Notes: generated from the letters alone by a model not told the origin. Positions 46,069 through 55,682 are shown, numbered from the stretch's first letter. The stretch: 64,000 nucleotides of DNA from Terriglobia bacterium (GCA_050745265.1 JBOGKE010000078.1:36841-100840), one strand, 5' to 3'. Translations and numbers: made by a program.

Positions 46069-47862
46069 TCAGTTTCGGTTTGGCAGAACCGCGTCAACCA
46101 TCTCGCGAAACGTCTGGCGAATAATGCCGCGCTCATTCGGATCGCCCTTGAGCAGCGCCGATGCGTAAGCCTTAGCCTGTTCAAAGGTGATGTGAGGCGG
46201 CAGGGGCGGCACGTCCGGATCGGTAATCGCGTCAATCACCACCGGCCGGTCCGCTCGGAGCGCTTCTTCCCATGCGGGGCGGATTTCCGCCGGTTTGTCC
46301 ACCAGAATGCCGCGCAGACCCAGTGACTCCGCGTAATTTGAATAGGAGAAGTTCGGCAGGTTTTGAGAGCATTCGAACTTCGGATCGCCCGCCATCACCC
46401 GCTGCTCCCACGTCACCTGGTTCAAGTCGTTGTTGTGCAGCACCAGAACAATCAGCCGCGGATCGCTCCACTCGCGCCAGTACTTGGAGATTGTGAGGAG
46501 ACCGTTGTTCCCGTTCATCTGCATCGCACCATCGCCGACCAGCGCGATGGCGATACGTTCCGGATAGGCGAACTTGGCCGCAATCACGTACGGCACTCCG
46601 GGTCCCATCGTGGCGAGGTTTCCTGAGAGCGACGCCATCATGCCCCGGCGGACTTTTAGATCGCGGGCAAACCAGTTGGCGGAGGAGCCGGAGTCCGACG
46701 CCACGATGCAATTGTCGGGCAGAAGCGGCGAGAGCTCCCAGAAGACCCGCTGCGGGTTGATGGGGTTGGCCTCGTCCATCGCTCGAGCTTCGAGCAGCTT
46801 CCACCACTCGTCCACGCCTTTCTCGATGGTCGCCCGCCATGCGCCGTCGCCGTTCTTGTTCTGGAGATACGGCATCAGCGCCTGCAGCGACAGCGCGCTG
46901 TCGCCAATCAGGTTGATTTCGGTGGGATAGCGAATTCCGACCATGCGGCCGTCAATGTCAATCTGAACGCCTCGCGCCTGGCCTTCTTTGGGAAGAAATT
47001 CAGAATAGGGAAAACTGGTTCCCACCATGAGCAGCGTGTCGCAGTTCACCATCATGTCGTAGCTGGGCTTCGTGCCCAGCAAACCGATGGACCCCGTAAC
47101 GTAGGGAAGATCGTCGGGCGCCGCGGCCTTGCCCAGCAAAGCCTTGGCGACGCCGGCCCCGAGCATCTCAGCGACTTGCAAGACCTCGTCGGTGGCGTTG
47201 AGAGCGCCCGCGCCGATCAGCACGGCGACCTTGCTTCCGGCGTTCAGAATGTCTGCCGCGCGCCGGAGGTCGTCGTCATTCGGAACGATCCGCGGCGCCG
47301 AATACGCGAGTCCTGAGTGGACGGTTCCGTGCGCCCGTGCGGGTTCCTCGACCGCGGGGAGTTCCTGAAGATCGTTCGGCAGGATCACGCAAGTGACGGT
47401 GCGTTCGGCAAGCGCGATGCGCACCGCGCGGTCGATCAGATGGCGCGCTTGTGCGGGGACCGATGCCATGTACACGTACTCGTGCGCCACATCCTTGAAC
47501 AGCGAGATCAGGTCAATCTCCTGCTGGTAGCTTCCCCCGATCGCCGCGCGCGCCTGCTGTCCCACAATCGCCACCACGGGAGCGTGATCCATTTTGGCGT
47601 CATACAAACCGTTCAATAAGTGAACCGCGCCGGGCCCCGACGTCGCCATGCAGACACCAGGCTCGCCGGTGAACTTGGCGTGCGCGCAAGCCATGAACGC
47701 CGCCATTTCCTCGTGCCGCACCTGAACGAATTTCAGCTTGTCTTTGGCTCGGTTAAACGCTCCGAGTAGCCCGTTGATGCCATCTCCCGGATAGCCGTAA
47801 ACGCGCCGCACTCCCCACTCATAAAGCCTCTTCAGAATAAAGTCAGCTACCAGTTCTGCCAT
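46069..47862 (-). CDS. Thiamine pyrophosphate-requiring enzyme (pyruvate oxidase/PoxB-like)
   Basis: GYPGDG, VRHEEMA, TSGPG, GDGAMQMN...N; ATG 47862 with GGAGG SD. Confidence 0.93.
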   Translation of the reverse strand: MAELVADFILKRLYEWGVRRVYGYPGDGINGLLGAFNRAKDKLKFVQVRHEEMAAFMACAHAKFTGEPGVCMATSGPGAVHLLNGLYDAKMDHAPVVAIVGQQARAAIGGSYQQEIDLISLFKDVAHEYVYMASVPAQARHLIDRAVRIALAERTVTCVILPNDLQELPAVEEPARAHGTVHSGLAYSAPRIVPNDDDLRRAADILNAGSKVAVLIGAGALNATDEVLQVAEMLGAGVAKALLGKAAAPDDLPYVTGSIGLLGTKPSYDMMVNCDTLLMVGTSFPYSEFLPKEGQARGVQIDIDGRMVGIRYPTEINLIGDSALSLQALMPYLQNKNGDGAWRATIEKGVDEWWKLLEARAMDEANPINPQRVFWELSPLLPDNCIVASDSGSSANWFARDLKVRRGMMASLSGNLATMGPGVPYVIAAKFAYPERIAIALVGDGAMQMNGNNGLLTISKYWREWSDPRLIVLVLHNNDLNQVTWEQRVMAGDPKFECSQNLPNFSYSNYAESLGLRGILVDKPAEIRPAWEEALRADRPVVIDAITDPDVPPLPPHITFEQAKAYASALLKGDPNERGIIRQTFREMVDAVLPNRN

Positions 47863-47974
47863 CGAGAGCCTCCGAGCGCCTGTGGGGAAACGCGGCGTAA
47901 CAGGCTGGGGAAAATCGTAATCGCCTAACCTGCCATTGTGAGGAGTTGTTATGTCCCGGCCCGCCGGGACCAAG

Positions 47975-48056
47975 GTACCGGAGGGCCGGAAGAAAGTATT
48001 CCCAGGCTCAAGCCCCAGGGTTTAAGGACAGCGCCGCACGTATTCTTGCCGCGCCC
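47975..48056. repeat. Degenerate copy of the CCCGGG-hairpin REP
   Basis: CCGGAGGGCCGGAAGAAAGTA...GACAGC...ACGTATTCTTGCCGCGCC, collinear with 34422-34498. Confidence 0.6.
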
Positions 48057-48168
48057 GGGTGAGGAGAACCCAAGCGAGCAACTCACTGGGAAGACCGGGG
48101 ACGCGAACACCCGTCGGGCCGGATCCGGCGTAGGCTTCCGCGGGCCGCGGTCCGGCCAAGGGCGCGGT

Positions 48169-48660
48169 CTACGCTGATTTCGGCAGCTCGAGCGTCAGGA
48201 TCTCATTGGCAAAAGTTGCAACGGCGCGAGCGGGGTCGATTGTTGCGGGCAGCGGGATCGCTTTCAGCAAGACTGCCGATTCCTCGGCGGAGCCGCCGTT
48301 CTTCGCGTTGCCGTCCGGGCGCTCGGTTCTTCGCATGGCAAAGATGATCACGCGATCCGCGCCGAGGCCAACCTCCGTCTGTTGCGCAGTAAAGCCCGGC
48401 AAGGGCGCGCGCACGAGTATCTTTTGCCCCGCGTCCGTGACCTCCTCGCCCAGCAGGCTCGATAGTTCGGCCTCAGCCTCAAACCAGTCCTCAAGCTCGC
48501 GACCGCCGTCGTAGCCGCGCCGTGCGTAACGCTCGTAAGCCCGATGGGCGATGAAGTCACGCACCCTGTCGGTCAACCCTCCAAGGTGGTCAGCGACAAA
48601 TGTCTTCGGAGTTGCCGGCGCATGCGACTTCTGCGCCTTGCGCGCGATTCCTTCTTTCAT
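48169..48660 (-). CDS. DUF2934 domain + Hsp20-like domain protein
   Basis: IAHRAYERYARRG...EDWFEAEAEL, then alpha-crystallin-like C-terminus (IPLPATIDP..A.F.NEILTLELPK); GGAGG SD. Confidence 0.75.
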   Translation of the reverse strand: MKEGIARKAQKSHAPATPKTFVADHLGGLTDRVRDFIAHRAYERYARRGYDGGRELEDWFEAEAELSSLLGEEVTDAGQKILVRAPLPGFTAQQTEVGLGADRVIIFAMRRTERPDGNAKNGGSAEESAVLLKAIPLPATIDPARAVATFANEILTLELPKSA

Positions 48661-49014
48661 GGTGCCTGCCTCCTCGATGGGATAACCAACAAGTCGAGTC
48701 CCGCGAATGCGCCGGCGAGGGGAGTTTCAGAGGAACAGCGGGCGTGCTTGCCAAACTTCCGGCCGCCCGCCGGCGAGCGGGTGGCCGGCGCTCAGCTCGC
48801 TCATCACAGCCTAAGCCTGAGGCTACGAAATACCTCGGTCCTCGCTCAATCCGGTGGTTCCCTTAGGCAGGTCCGAAAGTTCCCCTACTTGCGCTCCCGC
48901 GGCGGCTTGCGTATCTGGGTGACGCCTGCGTCGGCCGCTGCGGGTCTGACCGTGGGCTTCGGAAATCCAGAAAGCCCACGATCAGCAAGACACGGACCGC
49001 TCTGGACTCCGGTC

Positions 49015-49248
49015 TCAGTGCCTGCCCGCATGGTGCTCCACTTCGGGAAGGCTGTGAGCCGAGTACCACGCATCATACTGGGTCTCGGCTTCTTCCCGCG
49101 CGATACCGTACCGCTCCTGGAGTTTCCCAACCAGCTTGTCCTTCCGGCCTCCAATCAGATTCATGTCGTCGTCGGTGAGTTTCCCCCAGCGCTCCTTCAC
49201 CGAACCTTTGAGCTGCTTCCATTTGCCTTCCAGTTGGTCCTGGTTCAT
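49015..49248 (-). CDS. csbD: CsbD family protein
   Basis: MNQDQLEGKWKQLKGSVKERWGKLTDDD...GKLQERYG; GGAGG SD. Confidence 0.95.
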   Translation of the reverse strand: MNQDQLEGKWKQLKGSVKERWGKLTDDDMNLIGGRKDKLVGKLQERYGIAREEAETQYDAWYSAHSLPEVEHHAGRH

Positions 49249-49298
49249 ATACACCTCCGTTGTGAGAAGTATTTGAATTTATCTCCATCACCGCGCGG

Positions 49299-49463
49299 TC
49301 AGGCGCGCCGTCCCAGGTGCATCACCAAGGCGATGATGAAGATGATGATGAAAATCACGAACAGGATTTTCGCGATGCCAGCGGCAGCGACCGCGATTCC
49401 TCCAAACCCGAGGATGCCGGCAATAATCGCTATGATTAGGAATACCAGCGCCCAGTAGAGCAT
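49299..49463 (-). CDS. DUF1328 (YtjA-like) small membrane protein, 54 aa (absent from ORF track)
   Basis: [35 protein letters not shown]...; AAGGAGG SD. Confidence 0.95.
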   Translation of the reverse strand: MLYWALVFLIIAIIAGILGFGGIAVAAAGIAKILFVIFIIIFIIALVMHLGRRA

Positions 49464-49695
49464 TCTGCCTCCTTAGGCGGTTCGCACCCCGGAAAGGCTC
49501 CGGTGGGTTCCGTCCGCAAATGCCACTCTAAAGCCGACGGGGTGGCCGCGCCATCAATCGCGCATAGTAGTTTGGGTGGGGAATTTCAGTAGCCGAAGAA
49601 GGCTGAGGTCTCAGCGGCTTGAGGTGTGCGTTTGCCCTGGCCGGGGGTGGGGAGAATCGTAAACGGGTAAGGCGGCGCGGGCCGAGGGATTGCGC

Positions 49696-50430
49696 TCAGG
49701 GCTCGATGATCCCGTTTCGCACCGCGTAGTGAACGAGCTCGCTCACAGAGTGCAGATGCAGCTTCCGCATCAGGTTGGCGCGGTGCGTCTCGGCCGTCTT
49801 CACCGACAGGTCGAGCAGCGACGCCACTTCCTTGTTGCTCTTGCCCTCCGCGAGCAACTGGATGATCTCGCGCTCGCGTGCGGTCAAGACCTCCGATTCT
49901 CCGCCTTCGGCCGAAGCGGCGCGGCCTTCCTCCTCGCGAAGGTACCCCTCGAGAACGATGCGAGCGACCTTGGTGGTAAAAAACGGCCGGTGCCGGTGCA
50001 AGGACTCGACGCCCGCCACAAGGTCTGACGACAGATCCGACTTCAATATGTAGCCGCGCACTCCGGCCGCGAGCAGCGAGCGCGCCAGTTGCTCCGAATC
50101 GTGCGCCGTGATGGCGAGAATCTCAGTCTGCTCGCTGGCCTTGCGGATGTGCCGGGCCGCTTCGAGCCCATTGAGACCCGGCATGCTGATGTCGAGGACT
50201 ACAACCGAAGGTTTTCTCTGGCGAACGAGCTCGACGGCTTCGTGGCCATCGCGCGCCTCGCCGCAGATTTCGTGGCCCGCTTCGCCCTCAAGCAGCGTTC
50301 GAAGCCCGCGGCGAACGATTTCGTGATCGTCAGCGATCACGATTCGAATCTTCGGCTTGGGCGACGGGGGTGGCGACGGTGGAGGCGCGAGCCGACCGGC
50401 AGCGGGTTCGCTTGCCATCTTAATCCTCAT
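49696..50430 (-). CDS. NarL/FixJ-family response regulator (copy 1)
   Basis: IADDH, LDISMPG, GYILK, LTARERE..TAETHRANLMRKL; alternative ATG 50418. Confidence 0.95.
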   Translation of the reverse strand: MRIKMASEPAAGRLAPPPSPPPSPKPKIRIVIADDHEIVRRGLRTLLEGEAGHEICGEARDGHEAVELVRQRKPSVVVLDISMPGLNGLEAARHIRKASEQTEILAITAHDSEQLARSLLAAGVRGYILKSDLSSDLVAGVESLHRHRPFFTTKVARIVLEGYLREEEGRAASAEGGESEVLTAREREIIQLLAEGKSNKEVASLLDLSVKTAETHRANLMRKLHLHSVSELVHYAVRNGIIEP

Positions 50431-50701
50431 TACCCGGCATCAGACTCGATCCCGCCGAGCGGGGCAGACGACGCTGAGCCGGAATCACTAAACAGAAAAG
50501 TCTTCAGTACGCGCAGCAAGTCCTCGGCCAAAAGCGCAAGCCCCGCGGTTGCTGAAATTGCACCGCGACGCAAACGAACTTATAGCACGCGCCGGGAAGA
50601 ATTTCCACTCTCAAGCATTAGCAGGCGGCTCAGTTTCGCGCGCGTAGCGACGGCCTGATGCCACCGGGAATGCCAACCCCTGCAGGGTGCTCGCCCCGTT
50701 T

Positions 50702-50718
50702 CGTAGGTTTCACCTACG
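50702..50718. promoter_or_regulatory. Perfect 7-3-7 palindrome, candidate LuxR/NarL operator
   Basis: CGTAGGT-TTC-ACCTACG between the two regulator genes, upstream of copy 1. Confidence 0.5.
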
Positions 50719-50790
50719 GCTATTCACGGTCTCGCCCTTCGGGCAAGGGACGTTTGCGGCCCTCTGGATCCGCCATCGGCGAGCGGAGCC

Positions 50791-51447
50791 TCAGGGCTGG
50801 ACCAGGTTGTTCCGTATCGCATAGCGGACCAGTTCGCTCGTCGAGTGGATATCAAGCTTGCGCATGATGTTGGCCCGGTGGGTTTCGGCTGTCTTGAAGC
50901 TGATACCGAGGTCGCTCGCTACGTCCTTGGTGCTCTTGCCCTCCGCCAGAAGCTGCGCAATCTGTCTTTCCCGGGGACTCAGCGGATCATCCGGCAGAAG
51001 CTTGCGGCTTCTTCCCGAGGACGAAAAGGGTCCGGCGGCTCCGAGTTTTTGAGAGATTCGATGGCTTAAGAAGGGCTTGTGCTGACTAAGCGTTCGTATC
51101 GCGTCGAGCAGTTCGCTGCTGGGGTCTGACTTCAACAGATAGCCGCGCACGCCGGCCCGGAGCGCCTCCCGCACCATCTCTTCCGATTCGTGCACGGTCA
51201 ACACCAGCACCTCCGTTCCGGCGAGATCGCTGTGGATGCGGCGGGCGGCTTCCAGGCCGTTCAGCCGCGGCATGCTCACGTCGAGCACGACAACGTCCGG
51301 CTTCAGTTCGCTGGCTTTGCTCACCGCCTCCTGGCCATCACAGGCTTCACCGCAGACCTGCCATCCCGGCTGATTTTCAAGCAGCGACCGCAGTCCCTTG
51401 ATCACCACCGGGTGGTCGTCAGCCAAGAGAATGCGCAGTGTCTCCAT
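50791..51447 (-). CDS. NarL/FixJ-family response regulator (copy 2)
   Basis: LADDH, LDVSMPR, GYLLK, LSPRERQ..TAETHRANIMRKL; ATG 51447. Confidence 0.95.
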   Translation of the reverse strand: METLRILLADDHPVVIKGLRSLLENQPGWQVCGEACDGQEAVSKASELKPDVVVLDVSMPRLNGLEAARRIHSDLAGTEVLVLTVHESEEMVREALRAGVRGYLLKSDPSSELLDAIRTLSQHKPFLSHRISQKLGAAGPFSSSGRSRKLLPDDPLSPRERQIAQLLAEGKSTKDVASDLGISFKTAETHRANIMRKLDIHSTSELVRYAIRNNLVQP

Positions 51448-51624
51448 AAAGAGGCTCCAGCGTAGGCTAGGATGGATCGCGAATTTCAGCAATATGGGAA
51501 AACCAGTAGTTCGGGGAAACGAATCGGGTAGGCTGGAGTATTGGGGGGAAACGAATGCCGAGCCGCGCGGCGCCGCGCCGGAGCGGAGGGTGGGGGCCGG
51601 TTCGCCCTCTCCTCGCGCGGACGA

Positions 51625-52992
51625 CTAAGCCCCTTCGGCTTGCAGCGCGGCTAACGGGACCGTGGCGCGGACCACGGTGCCCTTATCTGAGAATCTGACC
51701 GTCAGCTTCCCCCCTAATTGCTCCATGCGCGCCTTCATCCCGTCGATGCCGATGCCCGTGCTCACCGTCTCGTCATCGCTCGTGGGGACCTGCGGCCGGC
51801 CCGCCGCGCCGCGCGGCGAGCCTCGCCCGTGGTCACGTACTTCGAGGCTGAGGTTGCCCTGTTCCACCGCCAGCCGAACCTCAGCCGTGCGGCTGCCGGA
51901 ATGGCGATAAACGTTGTTCAGGCTCTCCTGGAAAGCGCGAAACAGAGCCAGCTCCGTATCCTGAGGCAGTCGCTGGATCGCGGAGGGAAGCTGAAAATCA
52001 ACGCGCACCCTGGTACGCTCGCTGAATCTGGAGGCGTACCAGCGCATTGCCGGCAGCAGTCCGATGGTGTCCAGGTCGGGCGGATGAAGTAGATGCGACA
52101 GATTGCGAATTTCCTGTGCGGCGCGTTCGGCAAGCGATCGGCTTTCGAGCAGTGCAGATACGAGCTTGGCATCGCCGGACGGGATCCGCCTCTCCACCAC
52201 GTCGAGGTTAAGCAGAAGAGCGTAGAGCGTCTGCGCGGTGCTATCGTGCAGCTCACGCGCGATGCGGCGCCGCTCGTCGTCCCGCGACCGCAACAGCCGC
52301 GCCGACAATTGGCCGAGCATATCCTGCGCCCGCTTGCGCTCAGTGATATCGTGCAGGATCGCTAAGCCTCCGATGATCGCACCTTTCCCCGCCGCCGAGC
52401 CCGTTTCTTCAAAAATCGGCGAGTAGAACGCGTCAAAGTAGCCTTGGCGGTCGGCCATCCGGTAAAGCCGTTCTCGGGTTACAGAGGACTTGCCCCGCAA
52501 GACGCCGTGGAGGACTTTCTCCTCGCCCGTCGTTTTCAGGAAAGGCAGCACGTCAAAGGCGGGGCGGCCGAGGGCGTCTGCCTCAGGCAGCCCGAAAATG
52601 TGCTCCATGGCGGGATTCCACATCGTACATCGGCAGTCCCGGTCAAAAGCGAAAATCCCCTCAGCCACGCTGCTGATGACGCGCTCTATAAACTCCTTCT
52701 CACGGTGCACTTCCCTGCGGGCACGCCGCCCGGCGGGCATATCATTCTCGATTCGGAACGAAGCGGGCCCGGAGTCGTTCGGTTGTCGCCCGAGCATTAC
52801 GGTGCTGCTCTCGGCGCTGACAGGTTCTCGGCAGCTGTTCTCACCGGAGTCAGACTCTGGAGGACCGCACTCGAGCCACCCATCTCTGACGTGATCCCAC
52901 GATCCGGCCGGCTTCTCCGCGGCGACGAGCCGCAGGTCGGATCGGGCCTGCCGCTGGAACGGCTTTAGTTTGAGAAAAGGGCCCTTGCCCAT
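51625..52992 (-). CDS. Cytoplasmic PAS + HisKA_3 sensor histidine kinase
   Basis: PAS (WNPAMEHIFG), RRRIARELHD, QESLNNVYRHS, DHGRG, GIGIDGM; no TM seen. Confidence 0.93.
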   Translation of the reverse strand: MGKGPFLKLKPFQRQARSDLRLVAAEKPAGSWDHVRDGWLECGPPESDSGENSCREPVSAESSTVMLGRQPNDSGPASFRIENDMPAGRRARREVHREKEFIERVISSVAEGIFAFDRDCRCTMWNPAMEHIFGLPEADALGRPAFDVLPFLKTTGEEKVLHGVLRGKSSVTRERLYRMADRQGYFDAFYSPIFEETGSAAGKGAIIGGLAILHDITERKRAQDMLGQLSARLLRSRDDERRRIARELHDSTAQTLYALLLNLDVVERRIPSGDAKLVSALLESRSLAERAAQEIRNLSHLLHPPDLDTIGLLPAMRWYASRFSERTRVRVDFQLPSAIQRLPQDTELALFRAFQESLNNVYRHSGSRTAEVRLAVEQGNLSLEVRDHGRGSPRGAAGRPQVPTSDDETVSTGIGIDGMKARMEQLGGKLTVRFSDKGTVVRATVPLAALQAEGA

Positions 52993-53256
52993 GCTTCAGT
53001 CTCCATGCGCAATTCGGGTGCCTCGCTGTAGCACGATTCTTAGGCATGAAAGCTGCCAACGCCGCAACCCCTTGAATTATCTATAACTCGTGGGGCGCGG
53101 CCGGGCAAATAATTCTGTAGCTGGATATATATTTACATAGTTGTAGGAGTACGGCGCGCAGCAGTCTCCGGACTTGCAGGTGCCGGGACAGCTTGATGAT
53201 GGGACTCTTCCCGCTGTCAATCCAGCGCCCCGCAGCCAGTGAGGGATCGCGCATCC

Positions 53257-53763
53257 CTAACTCGCCGCGGCTTGCTGAGCGCGCCGATTCGCCGTACTCA
53301 CCGCTACCTCGGTGAGTTTCTTGTCGGCGGCCTTTTCCTCGTCCAAAGTCTGCTCCAAAAGCTGCGCGCCCGCCGCGTCCCCGAGCTGCATGGCCCAGGT
53401 CCGGGCGGAGCCGTAGGCCGCGATCTCATAATGCTCCACGCGTTGAACGGCGGCAATGATTCCAGCGTCCCGCACCGCAGCATTATCCGTGCCACCGACC
53501 GCTCGGTCGCTCTCTTCCAAGATGCCTTTCATCGAATCGCAGGTCTTGCCCTTCGCCGTCTTGCCGAGGCCGCGGAAAACACGATCCAGGCGGTCCACGT
53601 GCTCTCGCGTCTGCTCGGCATGGTCCTCAAGGGCGGTTCGAAGCGCTGTTTCCGAGCTTGCGCTCGCCACCTTGGGCAGGGCTTTCAGAATCCGCTTCTC
53701 GGCGTCATACAGGCCTTCCAACTGGTCCAGGTACAGTTGTTCGAGCGTCTTAAGCTTTGCCAT
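53257..53763 (-). CDS. DUF892 ferritin-like protein (YciE/YciF)
   Basis: QLEGLYDAE, HAEQT..H..RL, VEHYEIAAYG, TLDEEKAAD; AAGGAG SD. Confidence 0.95.
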   Translation of the reverse strand: MAKLKTLEQLYLDQLEGLYDAEKRILKALPKVASASSETALRTALEDHAEQTREHVDRLDRVFRGLGKTAKGKTCDSMKGILEESDRAVGGTDNAAVRDAGIIAAVQRVEHYEIAAYGSARTWAMQLGDAAGAQLLEQTLDEEKAADKKLTEVAVSTANRRAQQAAAS

Positions 53764-53909
53764 ACCCTCTCCTTTCTGAATCTAGCGGAGCGCCGTTCCC
53801 GGGTTGCGCGCCCGAGGAACGCACGGGGTGGCTTTTCCCGCCGATCCCGCCTCAACGCGCCGCGGTGGATGTGAGAACCGAGCTTCAGCGGACTGTGCAC
53901 ATCTAGACC

Positions 53910-54080
53910 TTAAATTTCGCGCTCGCTCCAGGGCGATAGGAATAGACTCGACGAGTAAAGCAGCGCCTCCTGGGAGCGGCAGCTCTCCTCATGCGCACGC
54001 TGTGCACTCTCGGAATCAAATATCTTGCTGCAGACGGTGCATTGATACCAGCAGAAGGGATTCTCCCTCCCCGGCGGCAT
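53910..54080 (-). CDS. Putative small zinc-finger protein (C2HC)
   Basis: YQCTVCSKIFDSESAQRAHEESC = C-x2-C-x3-F-x8-H-x3-C; start uncertain (SD only 2 nt from ATG 54080; ORF open to 54236). Confidence 0.55.
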   Translation of the reverse strand: MPPGRENPFCWYQCTVCSKIFDSESAQRAHEESCRSQEALLYSSSLFLSPWSEREI

Positions 54081-54473
54081 GACCTCCTGCGGCACCAATT
54101 CCGGCAATTGTGTTTTCGAATGCACGGGCGTTCCGATGGATTCTCGGCTGGTACGATTGGGGGAAACAGCGGCGCGATTCACAAACGACCACAGGCCGAC
54201 TCTTCTGGCTGCCCCCGCAGCCCGAACACCGGTCATCCAGCCCTCGCGCGTTCTTACGGCTTGTCTTCGGACCTAAGTGTGATTCAGGCCGTGCACCGGG
54301 TCAATCGGGCAGACTCCGTAATTTTGCCGGGTGATTTGCCGCAATTTCCGAGGGCGTCTTCTCCTACAGTGATATTCACCGCCCCGGTAAGGTTTTTGCT
54401 CGATTGAGAAAGAGTTGCTTTGGACCGATCCTGGAGTGAGGAATATCAATCCTTCACAAGGAGGAACGGCATC

Positions 54474-54575
54474 ATGAGCGATCAGCAATATCGATGCAGT
54501 TCATGCGGCAAATCGTTCAGCAACGCCTCGGAGCTCCACGAGCACGAGAAGACGTGCAAGAGCGGAAGCCGCTGA
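54474..54575 (+). CDS. 33-aa single classical zinc-finger microprotein (absent from ORF track)
   Basis: MSDQQYRCSSCGKSFSNASELHEHEKTCKSGSR; Y-x-C-x2-C-x3-F-x5-L-x2-H-x3-C; AAGGAGG SD at 54458-64. Confidence 0.85.
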   Translation: MSDQQYRCSSCGKSFSNASELHEHEKTCKSGSR

Positions 54576-54703
54576 AACCAAAGCGGGCCGGGAGGCGCTG
54601 CGGGTGGACTCCAGAGGCGGTCGCCGCTGTTCGCTTCGCAAGTACTAGCCGCTCCGGATCAGCGCCCCCAGCCGCCCTGTCGTCACTGAGAAAGGAGACG
54701 CTG

Positions 54704-55264
54704 ATGAACCAACTCACATCCTTGCAAGTGGCGGTTATCGCGACGGATGGCGTCGAAGAGAATGAACTGACAGAGCCGGTGGCGGCTCTTGAGGCCGCAG
54801 GCGCCACGGTGACGATCATCTCGCCCCGGGCGGGCTCGATTCAGGCGTTTCGGCACCATGACAAGGGAGCGAAAATTCCTGCCGACGTGACGCCCGACAA
54901 AACACTCCCTGGCGCTTACGACGCGCTCTTGCTGCCCGGTGGCGCGCTGAACGCCGATGCTCTGCGCGTCGAGCCGGCCGTATTAGAATTCATCCGCTCG
55001 ATTCACGACGCGGGAAAGCCGATCGCAGCAATTTGCCACGCGCCCTGGGAGTTGATTTCAGCCGGTCTGGTTCGTGGCCGCAAGCTGACCAGCTACCACA
55101 CCATCAAAGACGATGTTCGCAACGCCGGCGGCGAGTGGCTGGACCGCGAAGTTGTCGTCGATCGCAACTGGGTCACCAGCCGCCAGCCGGATGACATTCC
55201 GGCGTTCAACCGCGCCATGATCGAGCTCTTCTCGGAGTCATTCACGGTAAAGACGAACGCCTGA
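54704..55264 (+). CDS. pfpI: PfpI/DJ-1 family type 1 glutamine amidotransferase-like protein
   Basis: DGVEENEL, LLLPGG..NAD.LR, AAICHAPW, TSRQPDD; AAGGAG SD before ATG 54704. Confidence 0.93.
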   Translation: MNQLTSLQVAVIATDGVEENELTEPVAALEAAGATVTIISPRAGSIQAFRHHDKGAKIPADVTPDKTLPGAYDALLLPGGALNADALRVEPAVLEFIRSIHDAGKPIAAICHAPWELISAGLVRGRKLTSYHTIKDDVRNAGGEWLDREVVVDRNWVTSRQPDDIPAFNRAMIELFSESFTVKTNA

Positions 55265-55290
55265 CGAGGCCGGTGGCACGAGTCGCTTCA

Positions 55291-55664
55291 GTAGCGCCGG
55301 CCTTCAGATTGCGGAAAGGCTCTTCGTCATTCTAACTGCCACATGAGCCTGCGGCCGCCCTATTGGAATGAAAATCAACACGATCGTCACCCCCGCGAAA
55401 ACGGGGGTCCAGGGTCTGATTCCCGCTTTCGCGGGAATGACTGGTGATCTTCGACAGGGCGAAGCGAACAATCTTTAGCATTTAAGAATTAAACAAATCC
55501 GGGATTCTTCCTTCGGCGGCGCTCAGAGCCCGCCCTGCGCGTAGCGAATGGGACCGCCTAGGGGGTACGGCTCCTCAGAATGACAGGTTCCGAGGTTTCC
55601 CGCAGCCTCTTCAGCCTGGCGCAAATATTGGCTTCTAATTTGCCGCCCTAAAGGGCGGAGCCAC
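55291..55664. mobile_element. GTAG REP split by a TIR MITE with an ATTCCCGC insert; inverted homologue of 44452-44724
   Basis: TTCA duplicated at 55303-06 and 55610-13; 55326-55470 is near-identical to the reverse complement of 44541-44697; right flank matches 14781-14828. Confidence 0.8.
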
Positions 55665-55682
55665 GCGGCCAAGGAGTACGTC

